A DNA stretch of 40,000 bases from an uncultured Flammeovirgaceae bacterium. GTDB taxonomy: Bacteria > Bacteroidota > Bacteroidia > Cytophagales > Cyclobacteriaceae. Both the position numbers and the translations under genes were made by a program. The DNA is taken from NCBI GenBank assembly GCA_913050055.1, contig CAJXAT010000002.1, positions 23,633 to 63,632 on the forward strand, read 5' to 3'. Every line of letters begins with the position of its first letter. Positions within the stretch are counted from its first letter, which is position 1. Of the stretch, positions 28,556 through 37,499 are shown piece by piece. Under the pieces are notes generated by a model, which made no database searches, was not told the DNA's origin, and worked only from the letters and a program-made list of their open reading frames with translations.

Positions 28556-30943
28556 CTAAAATTTAAAGTTGTAAGAAAAAGCAGGCACAAAAGAACCAAT
28601 GATAGAAATTTGAGAAGCCATGGTCTCTACGGGCTCATCAATAGGCTGCCTATCTGAACCTTGAGAAAACATGATGGCAAATGGATTCCTTCTGTTATAA
28701 ACATTGTAAACAGAAAATACGAAATAGTCAGTATTCTTTCTGCCTTTCTTACCAAAATATACATTGTCCCAAGTAACCGAAACATCCAATCTATGATAAT
28801 CAGGTATGCGAACATTCCCGCGCTCATTTTTTAACAATGGAATGACATAACCTTGTTGTGAAAAGCGATCGTTGGGAAAGGTAGTTGGCGTTCCTGAGAG
28901 ATAGCTAAAAACACCTGAAAGGGTTATTCTGTCATTGATTTGATAATTATTTGTGATTTTTAAATTATGCCTTTGGTCAAATCTATTGGGATACCATTGC
29001 CCTTTTCTTTCAGCCATATCTGTGCCATAATTAACGCCATCGATCTTCAACTCCGATTTTCCTAGAGTATAACTGATCCAACCATTGAAGCGCCCACGTG
29101 TTTTTCTCAAATACAGTTCCAATCCATAAGCCCGGCCATCACCTGAAAGCAGGTCCCCTTCCAAAAACTCATTGATCAAGATATCGGCACCATCAATATA
29201 GTCAACCTGATTTTTATTCCATTTATAATAAACCTCTGCAGAAGTTTCAAACAAGTTCCCCTGCAAATTCTTAAAATATCCCACAGCAATCTGATTTCCC
29301 GTCTGAGGTTTGATATTATTGGTACTTGGCTGCCAAACGTCAATAGGTGTTGCCGCTACCGTATTAGAAATCAAATGAATGAATTGATTCATTCGGTTGT
29401 AGCTCCCCTTAATCGAACTCGTAGGATTCAAGGTATAACGGAGAGAAGCTCGAGGTTCTAAAGCCTGATAATGAGCAATGGTTTCCATGTTATCGTGTGA
29501 CTGTGTTCCAATCCATGGTTTTCTTTCTCCGGGAATCGCTGTACCATAAGAATAAGAATTACCTCCACCTAAATAAAGAAAAGAAGATATTCTAAGACCA
29601 TATTGGATACTTAAACGGTCATTGATTTTTTGATTATTCCCAAAATAAACTGATGTCTCAAGAGATTTCTTTTTGTCTAGACTGATATCTGAAATAACCC
29701 CATCACTGACTCCAATCGCATTGGCAGGTTCAAATTCATAGAACAAAAATTCTGCTCCAAAAACAATCTCATTTTGGGTATTAAGGAAATAATTAAATTC
29801 AGGTTTAAAGTCATAATTCTTAATATTTGATGACCAATCGAATGTATCTGAAGCATCATCACCAAAACTAAATCCATAATCATAATCAGAAAATACGCCA
29901 GTAAAATTGGAAAATAATTTATCGCTAAAAAGGTGATTCCATCTAATCGTTCCTGTTTGATTACCCCAATCAAAGCCTTGTCGTTCATCAAACTTGAATA
30001 CATCTCGACCAAAATACCCGGATAAATAGACCCTATTTCTGTCATCTATGTCCCAATTTGCCTTTGCTGTTAGATCATAAAAATACAACGCCGCTCCATT
30101 GTCAAAAGCGTCTGTAAAGGGTTTTGCTAACACGTCCACGTAAGACCTTCGGCCTGCCAGAATAAAGGATGCTTTTTCCTTTTTAATCGGGCCTTCAACC
30201 GAGAATCTACTAAAAACAGTTCCAACACCTCCATTAAATTCAGAACCTTTATTATTCCCCTCCTTCATCCTTATATCCAGAATCGATGCCAACCTTCCTC
30301 CATAACGAGGAGGAATACCCCCTTTATATAATTTAACGTCTTTAACTGCATCCGGATTAAACACGGAAAAAAAACCAAATAAATGTGAGGTTTGATATAC
30401 TGGAGCTTCATCCAAAAGCACTAAATTCTGGCCGGAACCACCGCCTCGCACATTAAAACCAGAGGCTCCTTCACCCACTGTACTTACCCCAGGTAACAAC
30501 TGAATACTTTTAATGATATCTACTTCTCCAGCAAAAGTGGGTACTTTCAATATTGATTTGATATCTAGCTTAGCTGTACTCATCTCTACATCGCTGATAT
30601 TGGCATCTTCACGATTTGCGGACACCACCACCGAATTCAACTCCTTTTCAATCTCAACAAGTTCAATATCAAGACGCATATTCTCTGTCAGCGTCAAAAC
30701 CATATTCTGCGTATTAAAACCAACATATCTGAATTCAACGTCATAAGTGCCTGGAGTAACACTCAAAGAATAGAAACCATACACATTGGTAACCGCTCCA
30801 CCTTCCACTTGTTTGATGTATACTACTGCCCCAACAAGAGATTCCCCATTGGCTGCATCGCTAATTTCACCACTTAAAGTGACCATTTGCTGCGCAGACA
30901 ACCAACTGACATTGAAGAATATAATTAAAAAAAGTAGCCTCAT
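28556..30943 (-). CDS. TonB-dependent outer-membrane receptor with an N-terminal carboxypeptidase-regulatory-like domain
   Basis: 795 aa. Order of parts: signal peptide, then VTLSGEISDAANGESLVGAVVYIK (CarboxypepD_reg-type), then a plug, then a long beta-barrel ending in ...SYNFKF with a terminal aromatic residue. Confidence 0.88.
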   Translation of the reverse strand: MRLLFLIIFFNVSWLSAQQMVTLSGEISDAANGESLVGAVVYIKQVEGGAVTNVYGFYSLSVTPGTYDVEFRYVGFNTQNMVLTLTENMRLDIELVEIEKELNSVVVSANREDANISDVEMSTAKLDIKSILKVPTFAGEVDIIKSIQLLPGVSTVGEGASGFNVRGGGSGQNLVLLDEAPVYQTSHLFGFFSVFNPDAVKDVKLYKGGIPPRYGGRLASILDIRMKEGNNKGSEFNGGVGTVFSRFSVEGPIKKEKASFILAGRRSYVDVLAKPFTDAFDNGAALYFYDLTAKANWDIDDRNRVYLSGYFGRDVFKFDERQGFDWGNQTGTIRWNHLFSDKLFSNFTGVFSDYDYGFSFGDDASDTFDWSSNIKNYDFKPEFNYFLNTQNEIVFGAEFLFYEFEPANAIGVSDGVISDISLDKKKSLETSVYFGNNQKINDRLSIQYGLRISSFLYLGGGNSYSYGTAIPGERKPWIGTQSHDNMETIAHYQALEPRASLRYTLNPTSSIKGSYNRMNQFIHLISNTVAATPIDVWQPSTNNIKPQTGNQIAVGYFKNLQGNLFETSAEVYYKWNKNQVDYIDGADILINEFLEGDLLSGDGRAYGLELYLRKTRGRFNGWISYTLGKSELKIDGVNYGTDMAERKGQWYPNRFDQRHNLKITNNYQINDRITLSGVFSYLSGTPTTFPNDRFSQQGYVIPLLKNERGNVRIPDYHRLDVSVTWDNVYFGKKGRKNTDYFVFSVYNVYNRRNPFAIMFSQGSDRQPIDEPVETMASQISIIGSFVPAFSYNFKF

Positions 30944-31156
30944 TGATAGTAAAAAAGTAAAAGTAATTATGGTTTCTGGCTTGTTTGTATTTATCGGGCA
31001 ATACTAATATTTAAAATTACCATGACTAAACTTTAGCTCAGTTAATTTAAAAAGAGGAATTTAAACATTAACCAAAAGACCAACATGAACATTTCATAAT
31101 TTTTGATCTTATTTAATAACAAAGGAACAAACACATCTTTAGCTGTCATAGTGCAC

Positions 31157-31267
31157 TCAAAGAGCTGGATTTATTTTATTTGATGAAATCATATTACTCG
31201 CAATCAATAGCAATAATGCGTAGGTTGACATTACGACAAGTATCAAAAGAAGTTGGATTTTTATCAT
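31157..31267 (-). CDS. Candidate small ORF (36 aa, single hydrophobic helix); very tentative
   Basis: My own translation gives MIKIQLLLILVVMSTYALLLLIASNMISSNKINPAL. Its ATG overlaps the stop of the upstream candidate ORF (ATGA at 31264-31267). I have no homology evidence. Confidence 0.2.
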   Translation of the reverse strand: MIKIQLLLILVVMSTYALLLLIASNMISSNKINPAL

Positions 31268-31368
31268 TTTCCTTTACCGTTTTTTTCTTCCCTCTTTTTT
31301 TTAAGCCAATTAATTCGTATGGCTGATTTCAAAAAAAAGGCATCCCACCACAGAAGTAGTAACTCCAA
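31264..31368 (-). CDS. Candidate small ORF (34 codons, TTG start; hydrophobic N-terminus, polybasic C-terminus); very tentative
   Basis: My own translation gives (M/L)ELLLLWWDAFFLKSAIRINWLKKKREEKNGKGK. There is no ATG start, and the ORF contains two 8-nt homopolymers. Its N-terminal part lies in repeat copy A. Confidence 0.15.
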   Translation of the reverse strand: MELLLLWWDAFFLKSAIRINWLKKKREEKNGKGK

Positions 31369-31392
31369 ACCCTATTCCTAAATGACTCAACC
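31329..31392. repeat. Intergenic direct repeat, copy A (~64 bp)
   Basis: TCAAAAAAAAGGCATCCCACCACAGAAGTAGTAACTCCAAACCCTATTCCTAAATGACTCAACC aligns with copy B at about three quarters identity by eye. Confidence 0.7.
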
Positions 31393-31659
31393 AAAAGTAA
31401 AAAAGCAATTTAATAGACTAATCCAAAAGGTTTCGAAGTATCTAAATATCAACCTCAACGGTTCAAATATAATTATAAAGTAGTTAAAACGAGAAAAGGA
31501 GAAGTCTATCAGATTGTAAGAATATTGACTCTTAAATCATGGTTTATTTTAATCATGTGAGCAAATAATATGGAAGGATATAGATTAAATGGCCCTCTCA
31601 AAAAGTCCAGAAGTTTTTACTCTTTAATCAACTACCACCACATCTCGCTTTAATCGAAA

Positions 31660-31722
31660 TCACAAAAAAAGATATCCCACCACTGAAGAAGCATCTCCAA
31701 AACCATCTAGCTAAGATGGCCC
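31660..31722. repeat. Intergenic direct repeat, copy B (~63 bp), 331 bp from copy A
   Basis: TCACAAAAAAAGATATCCCACCACTGAAGAAGCATCTCCAAAACCATCTAGCTAAGATGGCCC. The shared core is ATCCCACCAC.GAAG.AG...CTCCAAA. Confidence 0.7.
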
Positions 31723-31867
31723 TTCAAGACGGCTCTTTCAAAAACACTGTAATCAAATACTTATTTCTTGATATGAACTCCGAAAATAATAATGTCAGTT
31801 ACTTGATACGATTTATCAACTCTTCCAAAAAAAACTCCTTTAAGGATGCCTTCTGGGATTTAGGCAA

Positions 31868-32827
31868 TCAAGAAATTAATTTTTTAATAATTAATTCAGC
31901 ATGCTCACGAGAATTCTCAATAAACCATTTGTTTGTTTTTAGGCCTCCGCAAATAACCCCAGCAAGAAAAATACCTGAGACATTGGTTTCCATAGTTTCA
32001 GAATTATGAACAGGCGTTCGATTGACATCTGTTCCTATCTTTACCCCCATAGAAGTTAAAAAATTAAAATCTGGCTGATAACCTGTCATTGCAAGAACAA
32101 AATCATTGACAAGAGTGATCTCACCCTCGGGTGTCTTAATGTCAATCTCATCCTGTCGAATCTCGGTAATCGTTGACTCAAAATAGGCTTTTATGGCTCC
32201 TTCCTCAATTCTATTTATAATATCTGGCCGAGCCCAATACTTCACATTGGACCCAATTTCAGCTTCTCGAACAATCATCGTTACCTTTTTTGCCCCTCTT
32301 CTGTAGGTATCTAAGGCAGCATCCACTGCCGAATTAGCGGATCCGATAACCGCTACATTCATTCCAAAATAGGGATGTGCCTCCTGATAATAATGCTCCA
32401 CTTTAGAAAGGGATTCGCCAGTGATATTTAACAAAAATGGCAAATCATAAAAGCCTGTTGCCACAATAATTGAGGCCGCTTGATGCGTAGCTTTTGTCGT
32501 CTTTATTTCAAAAAGTTGATTGCCCTTAACGACACTGACGATTTCTTCATACAAATTAACCTTTAAATCCCAAACAAGTGTTACCCTTCTGTAGTATTCT
32601 AAGGCTTCGGATCTCGTAGGTTTGGGACTGTTTGAAATAAAGGGGACTTCCCCTATTTCTAATCTATCTGAAGTAGAGAAGAAGGTCATGTTTGCCGGAT
32701 AATGATAGATTGAATTAACCAAAGTCCCCCGATCTACAATCAAGTTACTCAACCCTGCCTTTTTAGCCGCTATGGCACAAGCAAGGCCAATTGGACCCGC
32801 TCCAATAATCAAACAATCTACTTTCAA
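31868..32827 (-). CDS. ypdA: YpdA/Bdr-family FAD-dependent putative bacillithiol disulfide reductase
   Basis: IIGAGPIGLACA FAD motif. The block NSIYHYPANMTFFSTSDRLEIGEVPF closely parallels the YpdA family N-terminus. 319 aa, with a 4-nt overlap with the upstream gene. Confidence 0.8.
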   Translation of the reverse strand: MKVDCLIIGAGPIGLACAIAAKKAGLSNLIVDRGTLVNSIYHYPANMTFFSTSDRLEIGEVPFISNSPKPTRSEALEYYRRVTLVWDLKVNLYEEIVSVVKGNQLFEIKTTKATHQAASIIVATGFYDLPFLLNITGESLSKVEHYYQEAHPYFGMNVAVIGSANSAVDAALDTYRRGAKKVTMIVREAEIGSNVKYWARPDIINRIEEGAIKAYFESTITEIRQDEIDIKTPEGEITLVNDFVLAMTGYQPDFNFLTSMGVKIGTDVNRTPVHNSETMETNVSGIFLAGVICGGLKTNKWFIENSREHAELIIKKLIS

Positions 32828-33405
32828 AATCGATATAATTTATGGGGTGTAATACAATAATCTAACGCAATATCATGCGCCTCGACATACGGAATTAAAT
32901 CAACTGGACCACTCAGGCATAATCCTATCTTTTGAACCTTAAGATGGCTGATTTCGGCCAATAACTCATCATAATAGCCTTTTCCGTAGCCAATCCTATT
33001 CCCTTTCTTATCCACAGCTAACAAGGGTACGAGAATCGCTTGTAAATCATCTAAAGCAGCAGAAGCCTGATGCACCGGTTCTGGAATACCATAGCGATTG
33101 ATTTGGATTTTATCGGTCGACTCATAAGTATGATGAGACATACTCCGATTTTGAAAATCTGTCTTGGATATCAATACCTGACGTCCGCAGGACCAAGAAG
33201 CTTGAATGATGGTTTGTGTCTCCGGTTCTTTGTTTTTGCCTATGGCGAGATAGGTGTGAAAATATTGAATATTAAGATTTTCCATCAAAGCTAAGCAAAG
33301 GTTTTGAATCTGCTGATTACGCTCGATATACACCTGAGCATCGAGCATCTTTCGATACATTAAAAAATGCTTTCTTAATTCCTCTTTTGAACTTATTCCT
33401 CCCAA
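32824..33405 (-). CDS. 5-formyltetrahydrofolate cyclo-ligase
   Basis: 193 aa with an N-terminal KEELRK region and the GYGKGYYD motif. It overlaps the bshC 3' end by 13 nt. Confidence 0.8.
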   Translation of the reverse strand: MGGISSKEELRKHFLMYRKMLDAQVYIERNQQIQNLCLALMENLNIQYFHTYLAIGKNKEPETQTIIQASWSCGRQVLISKTDFQNRSMSHHTYESTDKIQINRYGIPEPVHQASAALDDLQAILVPLLAVDKKGNRIGYGKGYYDELLAEISHLKVQKIGLCLSGPVDLIPYVEAHDIALDYCITPHKLYRF

Positions 33406-34949
33406 AACAGATAAAATGAAAATTCAAAGGGTTCAAATTCATCCAATAGCTCCTTAATTAGCGCTGTATTATTAAAATAAAAGTTTAAATAGTTTTCGCT
33501 ACGTTCTTGAAGAACCCCGTTCGGAAATAATCGATCCTTAATCCCCTCTATCTGTGTGAGTGCTGTTCGGTGATTTTTTTCTAAGGATTTTTTAAGCTTT
33601 TTCTCAATATGCGCTAACGCCTTTATGGCTTTCGCTTCTTCTGAGCCGATATAACCTCCCAAAGATTGATCAATCATTTCCACTTTTATTTTTATCGATT
33701 CAAACAAATCACTGAATGACTGCTTTTGATCATTTAGATTAGGTTGATACGTACTTGTCCGACTTAAATAATCTGCTTTCAATTGTTGTTTGCTTCGAAA
33801 GAGTTGCTCATTAGCTATGCCTAATTTTTTTGCCTTTTTTGCTGTGGTCTGATTAATAATCATCCCGAAATTTCGAGGCATTAAAACAGGAAAACTCATC
33901 TTGTAGTAATCAAAAACTCCTTTTAATTGTAGCCAATAAATGATCTCTGCTGACCCTCCTAAATAAGCTATATTGGGTAATATAACCTCTTGATAAACGG
34001 GTCTCATAATCACATTGGGACTGAACCTCTCTGGATAATGGTCAATCTCTGAAAGAATTTCCCGCTTGGTAAATTTAATGTCTGAGTTCACCACACTGAA
34101 ATTTTCGCCATCAGAAATAATACGTCTCCGAAAATCATCGAGATAGAAAAAGTTGATGGGCCTACTAAATGCTTGTGACTTGTAACCTAAATCGATCAAT
34201 TGCTCATTGGTCTGTTTTACCCTCTGATGCGTATTTTGATTGAGGATATCATCCTTCATTATAGGTGCAAACTGGGCCTTCAATTGAGGATCATCACCAT
34301 CAACCACGATCAGGCCTTCAGATCCAAAGAGTTCATTTACGTAAAATCGCACTGAATCTGCTAAAGTTTTAAATCGACCATAAGCTTTTTCAAATAACTC
34401 GACGTTCTCACGTACCTGATCCAGCACCTCAGTTAATGAAGAAGGATCAAATCTTCCTACTGCACCGGTTTGTTCGGTAGTCCATTGATATTTCTTACCA
34501 AACATATTGAAATAGCTAATTTCTTCAAAATCATGGTCTTCAGTAGCCATCCAATAGACGGGAATAAAATGATAATCAGGATAATGTGCCTTAAGCTTTT
34601 TTGATAAATTAATGGTAGTGATTAGCTTGAATAAAAAATAAAGAGGTCCTGTAAATATGTTTAACTGATGACCTGTAGTGACGGTGAAGGTACGCGCTTC
34701 TGAAAGGCTTTGAATGTTCTCCGAAAGTTTTGATACACAGGTCAAGCCGTCATACTGACGCTCTAAAGCATCTACAAGCGTCTTTCTATTTGCCGGACTA
34801 AAGGCTTTATTAGTGATTGCAGATTGAAAGGATTCAATTTTAGGCTTCCACTCATAAAATTCTTTCAACGCATCTTGTCCCTCAATATAATCTAAAAACA
34901 TCTTTGAAAAAGAGCCTACTTTTCGTAACGATAGATGTGTTTTTTTCAT
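33393..34949 (-). CDS. bshC: Bacillithiol biosynthesis cysteine-adding enzyme
   Basis: 518 aa. The N-terminus (GSFSKMFLDYIEGQDALKEFY) and the block GHQLNIFTGPLYFLFKLITTINLSKKL match the BshC family pattern as I remember it. Confidence 0.8.
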   Translation of the reverse strand: MKKTHLSLRKVGSFSKMFLDYIEGQDALKEFYEWKPKIESFQSAITNKAFSPANRKTLVDALERQYDGLTCVSKLSENIQSLSEARTFTVTTGHQLNIFTGPLYFLFKLITTINLSKKLKAHYPDYHFIPVYWMATEDHDFEEISYFNMFGKKYQWTTEQTGAVGRFDPSSLTEVLDQVRENVELFEKAYGRFKTLADSVRFYVNELFGSEGLIVVDGDDPQLKAQFAPIMKDDILNQNTHQRVKQTNEQLIDLGYKSQAFSRPINFFYLDDFRRRIISDGENFSVVNSDIKFTKREILSEIDHYPERFSPNVIMRPVYQEVILPNIAYLGGSAEIIYWLQLKGVFDYYKMSFPVLMPRNFGMIINQTTAKKAKKLGIANEQLFRSKQQLKADYLSRTSTYQPNLNDQKQSFSDLFESIKIKVEMIDQSLGGYIGSEEAKAIKALAHIEKKLKKSLEKNHRTALTQIEGIKDRLFPNGVLQERSENYLNFYFNNTALIKELLDEFEPFEFSFYLFWEE

Positions 34950-34956
34950 GATTAAA

Positions 34957-36273
34957 CTAGGCTTTTATGGGTTTTGCATATAAATCAAAAGCCGATGCAG
35001 ATGTGATGACTACTTCACAAAAATCTCCCACCCTAAGATAACCATCATCCGAATTTATAAGTACTTCATTATCCACTTCAGGCGAATCATGCTCGGTACG
35101 TCCCACATATTGGCCTCCCTCAAACCGATCAATCAACACGCGGTATTTTTTCCCCACTTTTTCAGCATTTATTTCTTCGGAAATCTCCTCTTGTAGTTCC
35201 ATAATTGCCTCTAAGCGTTTTTGCTTTACCTCATCGGGAACATCATCTTTCATCGTATAAGAGTGAGTATCCTCCTCATGAGAATAGGTAAAGACACCTA
35301 ATCTCTCAAATCTATTTTTTTCAACAAAGTCCATCATATCCATAAATGCTTCTTCTGTTTCGCCCGGATGCCCAACGATCAGCGTAGTTCTAATGGCAAT
35401 TTTAGGAATTTTCTCTCTTATGTGATTCAAAAGAGCCTCTGTTTTCTCCCGAGTCGTACCTCTTCTCATCAATTCAAGCATACGCGTTGATCCATGCTGT
35501 AAGGGTATGTCCAGATAATTACAAATATTATTCCTCTTGGCCATCACATCCAAAACATCCATCGGAAATCCACTAGGAAAGGCATAGTGAAGCCTGATCC
35601 AATCAAGGCCTTCGACATCTGCCAACTGATTCATCAAATCAGCAAGCGCTCTTTTTTTATAGATATCTAGGCCATAATAAGTTGAATCTTGAGCGATTAA
35701 TAAAATCTCTTTGGTCCCATTTTTCACTAAATTCTTTACCTCCAAAAGAATCTCTTCAATGGGTTTTGAAACGTGCTTCCCACGCATCAATGGGATAGCG
35801 CAAAAGGTGCAGGGTCGGTCACAACCCTCGGATATTTTCAAATAAGCATAGTGGTTAGCCGTTGTAGTAATACGTTCCCCCAACAATTCATTTTTATAGG
35901 TAGCATTGAACCTTTTAAGGAGTAAAGGAAGCTCCATGGTACCAAACCAGCCATCCACATTTGTAATCTCTTTTTGAAGTGCTACTCTGTAGCGCTCCGA
36001 GAGACAGCCCGTGACAAAAACTTTCTCCACGATCCCCTCCTCTTTGGCATCTGCATACCTCAATATCGTATCGATCGATTCTTGCTTTGCATTATCAATA
36101 AACCCGCAAGTATTGATTACCACTATATTGGCATCATCCCTTTCTGACTCATGGATGGTGTCAATTTGGTTGCCTTTTAATTGGGTCAACATAACTTCTG
36201 AATCGACAATATTCTTGGAACACCCAAGTGTAACGATGTTCACTTTATCCTTCTTTCTTCCTTTGGTCTTCAC
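34957..36273 (-). CDS. rimO: Ribosomal protein S12 methylthiotransferase
   Basis: N-terminal MTTase cysteines (TLGCSKN ... NTCGF ... TGCL), radical-SAM CDRPCTFCAIP, and a C-terminal TRAM-like domain. 438 aa. Confidence 0.9.
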   Translation of the reverse strand: MKTKGRKKDKVNIVTLGCSKNIVDSEVMLTQLKGNQIDTIHESERDDANIVVINTCGFIDNAKQESIDTILRYADAKEEGIVEKVFVTGCLSERYRVALQKEITNVDGWFGTMELPLLLKRFNATYKNELLGERITTTANHYAYLKISEGCDRPCTFCAIPLMRGKHVSKPIEEILLEVKNLVKNGTKEILLIAQDSTYYGLDIYKKRALADLMNQLADVEGLDWIRLHYAFPSGFPMDVLDVMAKRNNICNYLDIPLQHGSTRMLELMRRGTTREKTEALLNHIREKIPKIAIRTTLIVGHPGETEEAFMDMMDFVEKNRFERLGVFTYSHEEDTHSYTMKDDVPDEVKQKRLEAIMELQEEISEEINAEKVGKKYRVLIDRFEGGQYVGRTEHDSPEVDNEVLINSDDGYLRVGDFCEVVITSASAFDLYAKPIKA

Positions 36274-36360
36274 AAAATAATATTAATTTTTTACAAAGCT
36301 AACACAAATGGAGTCGCTTAAGCATCCAAGATGAGCATCCATTCACTAACTTTGTAAATA

Positions 36361-36807
36361 ATGCGATTTTGGTTATTCTTTTTAAGTTTTGGTTTTTGCC
36401 TGTTCGAGTCCTGTAATGAGGTTGAGGATTGTACATTGGATCCTTATGGAAATTATGCGGTGGCCACATTTAATCTGTTAAGTGGTGAAAGTAAAATCAT
36501 TGCGTTTGATTCGATCATTTTGGAAGGTTTTGGTCGATTGCCAGGAGATCGAGACACACTCATAGGTATGCTACTCCCATTACCTGTTGAAAACACTGAA
36601 GTGGCCTTTCATTATTATACAGACAGTAGCCTTTATTCATTAGCCATTAGTTATAAAAGTCAACCCCTCATTTATGACCTTTCTTGCGAGGCTACCATTA
36701 GGTTTTATGACTTAGATACAAGCTATCAATCTTTTGACTCACTGGTCATCGTTGGATCAGAAGTTCATCTCGATTATGTTCCTATCAATTTTGAAATCTA
36801 TCTATAA
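36361..36807 (+). CDS. Hypothetical lipoprotein
   Basis: 148 aa with a signal peptide and lipobox LFESC, plus further Cys residues. I could not confidently assign a family. Confidence 0.55.
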   Translation: MRFWLFFLSFGFCLFESCNEVEDCTLDPYGNYAVATFNLLSGESKIIAFDSIILEGFGRLPGDRDTLIGMLLPLPVENTEVAFHYYTDSSLYSLAISYKSQPLIYDLSCEATIRFYDLDTSYQSFDSLVIVGSEVHLDYVPINFEIYL

Positions 36808-37492
36808 CATTTTAATCCTTACATTTCTCCCTATTATTGGGATGAGTCAAACAGCAGATACTGTGCGAATTAAACCAGATTGGAATCCCTCGAGGTTGCA
36901 TGTTGGTATAGATGTCTCTAGATTAATGGGGACGGCTATAAAGCCCCATAAAAGTTCTTTGGGTGGAATGATCGATATCGATTTTCACCGATTCCTCCTT
37001 GCCTTTGAGGGTGGCGTAGAAGAAATAAACCGAATAAAAACTTACGAATATACCAACAAAGGAGCTTTTTTAAAGTGGGGCATCGATTATAATCTCATCC
37101 CTTCTAACAAATATAGAAATATGATTTCGTTAGGTCTAAGATATGCACAAAGCAGGTTTTCTGACCAATTGAATTTTACAGAGGAAAATCCTTGGTTTGG
37201 TAACCAAACCTTACAATTCTCAAATCAAAATATTTCAGCCCATTGGACAGAAATACTATTAAGACTCAATGTCCAGATTTGGAAAAATGTTTTTTTGGGC
37301 TCCGTCCTGCGCATAGAAATTATGAAAAATATTTCTGCTCCAGATCAATTCATCCCTTTTGATATCCCCGGCTGGGGTAGAAATTGGAAAAGTGGTACCG
37401 ATGAAAAACCAGCCAACATGGGATTCAGTTATTATCTGATCTATCATTTTCCCTTCCGAGAAAAAGAAATCCCTCTAAAAAAAATAAAATAA
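36776..37492 (+). CDS. Hypothetical secreted protein, possible outer-membrane beta-barrel
   Basis: I prefer ATG 36776 (MFLSILKSIYNILILTFLPIIGMSQ, signal-like) to the tracked TTG at 36734. It overlaps the upstream lipoprotein gene by 32 nt. The sequence is beta-strand-like with aromatic residues. Confidence 0.5.
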   Translation: MFLSILKSIYNILILTFLPIIGMSQTADTVRIKPDWNPSRLHVGIDVSRLMGTAIKPHKSSLGGMIDIDFHRFLLAFEGGVEEINRIKTYEYTNKGAFLKWGIDYNLIPSNKYRNMISLGLRYAQSRFSDQLNFTEENPWFGNQTLQFSNQNISAHWTEILLRLNVQIWKNVFLGSVLRIEIMKNISAPDQFIPFDIPGWGRNWKSGTDEKPANMGFSYYLIYHFPFREKEIPLKKIK

Positions 37493-37499
37493 CAGCGCA

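Noticed and set aside
31827-31856. A T8 tract (minus strand) after ypdA, considered as an intrinsic terminator.
   Set aside because: The preceding complementarity (TCCT/AGGA, AAGG/CCTT) gives only 4-bp stems, too weak to call.
30944-31867. A cobalamin or other known riboswitch upstream of the TonB-dependent receptor.
   Set aside because: I found no B12-box-like GCCACTG core and no other riboswitch consensus by eye on the minus strand. The only near match, CAGTGGTGGG, lacks the flanking conserved elements.
31716-32009. A 97-aa plus-strand ORF starting in the long spacer.
   Set aside because: Its 3' half runs antisense through the end of ypdA. I see no recognisable motifs. The plus-strand ORFs after the two repeat copies share no convincing peptide similarity.
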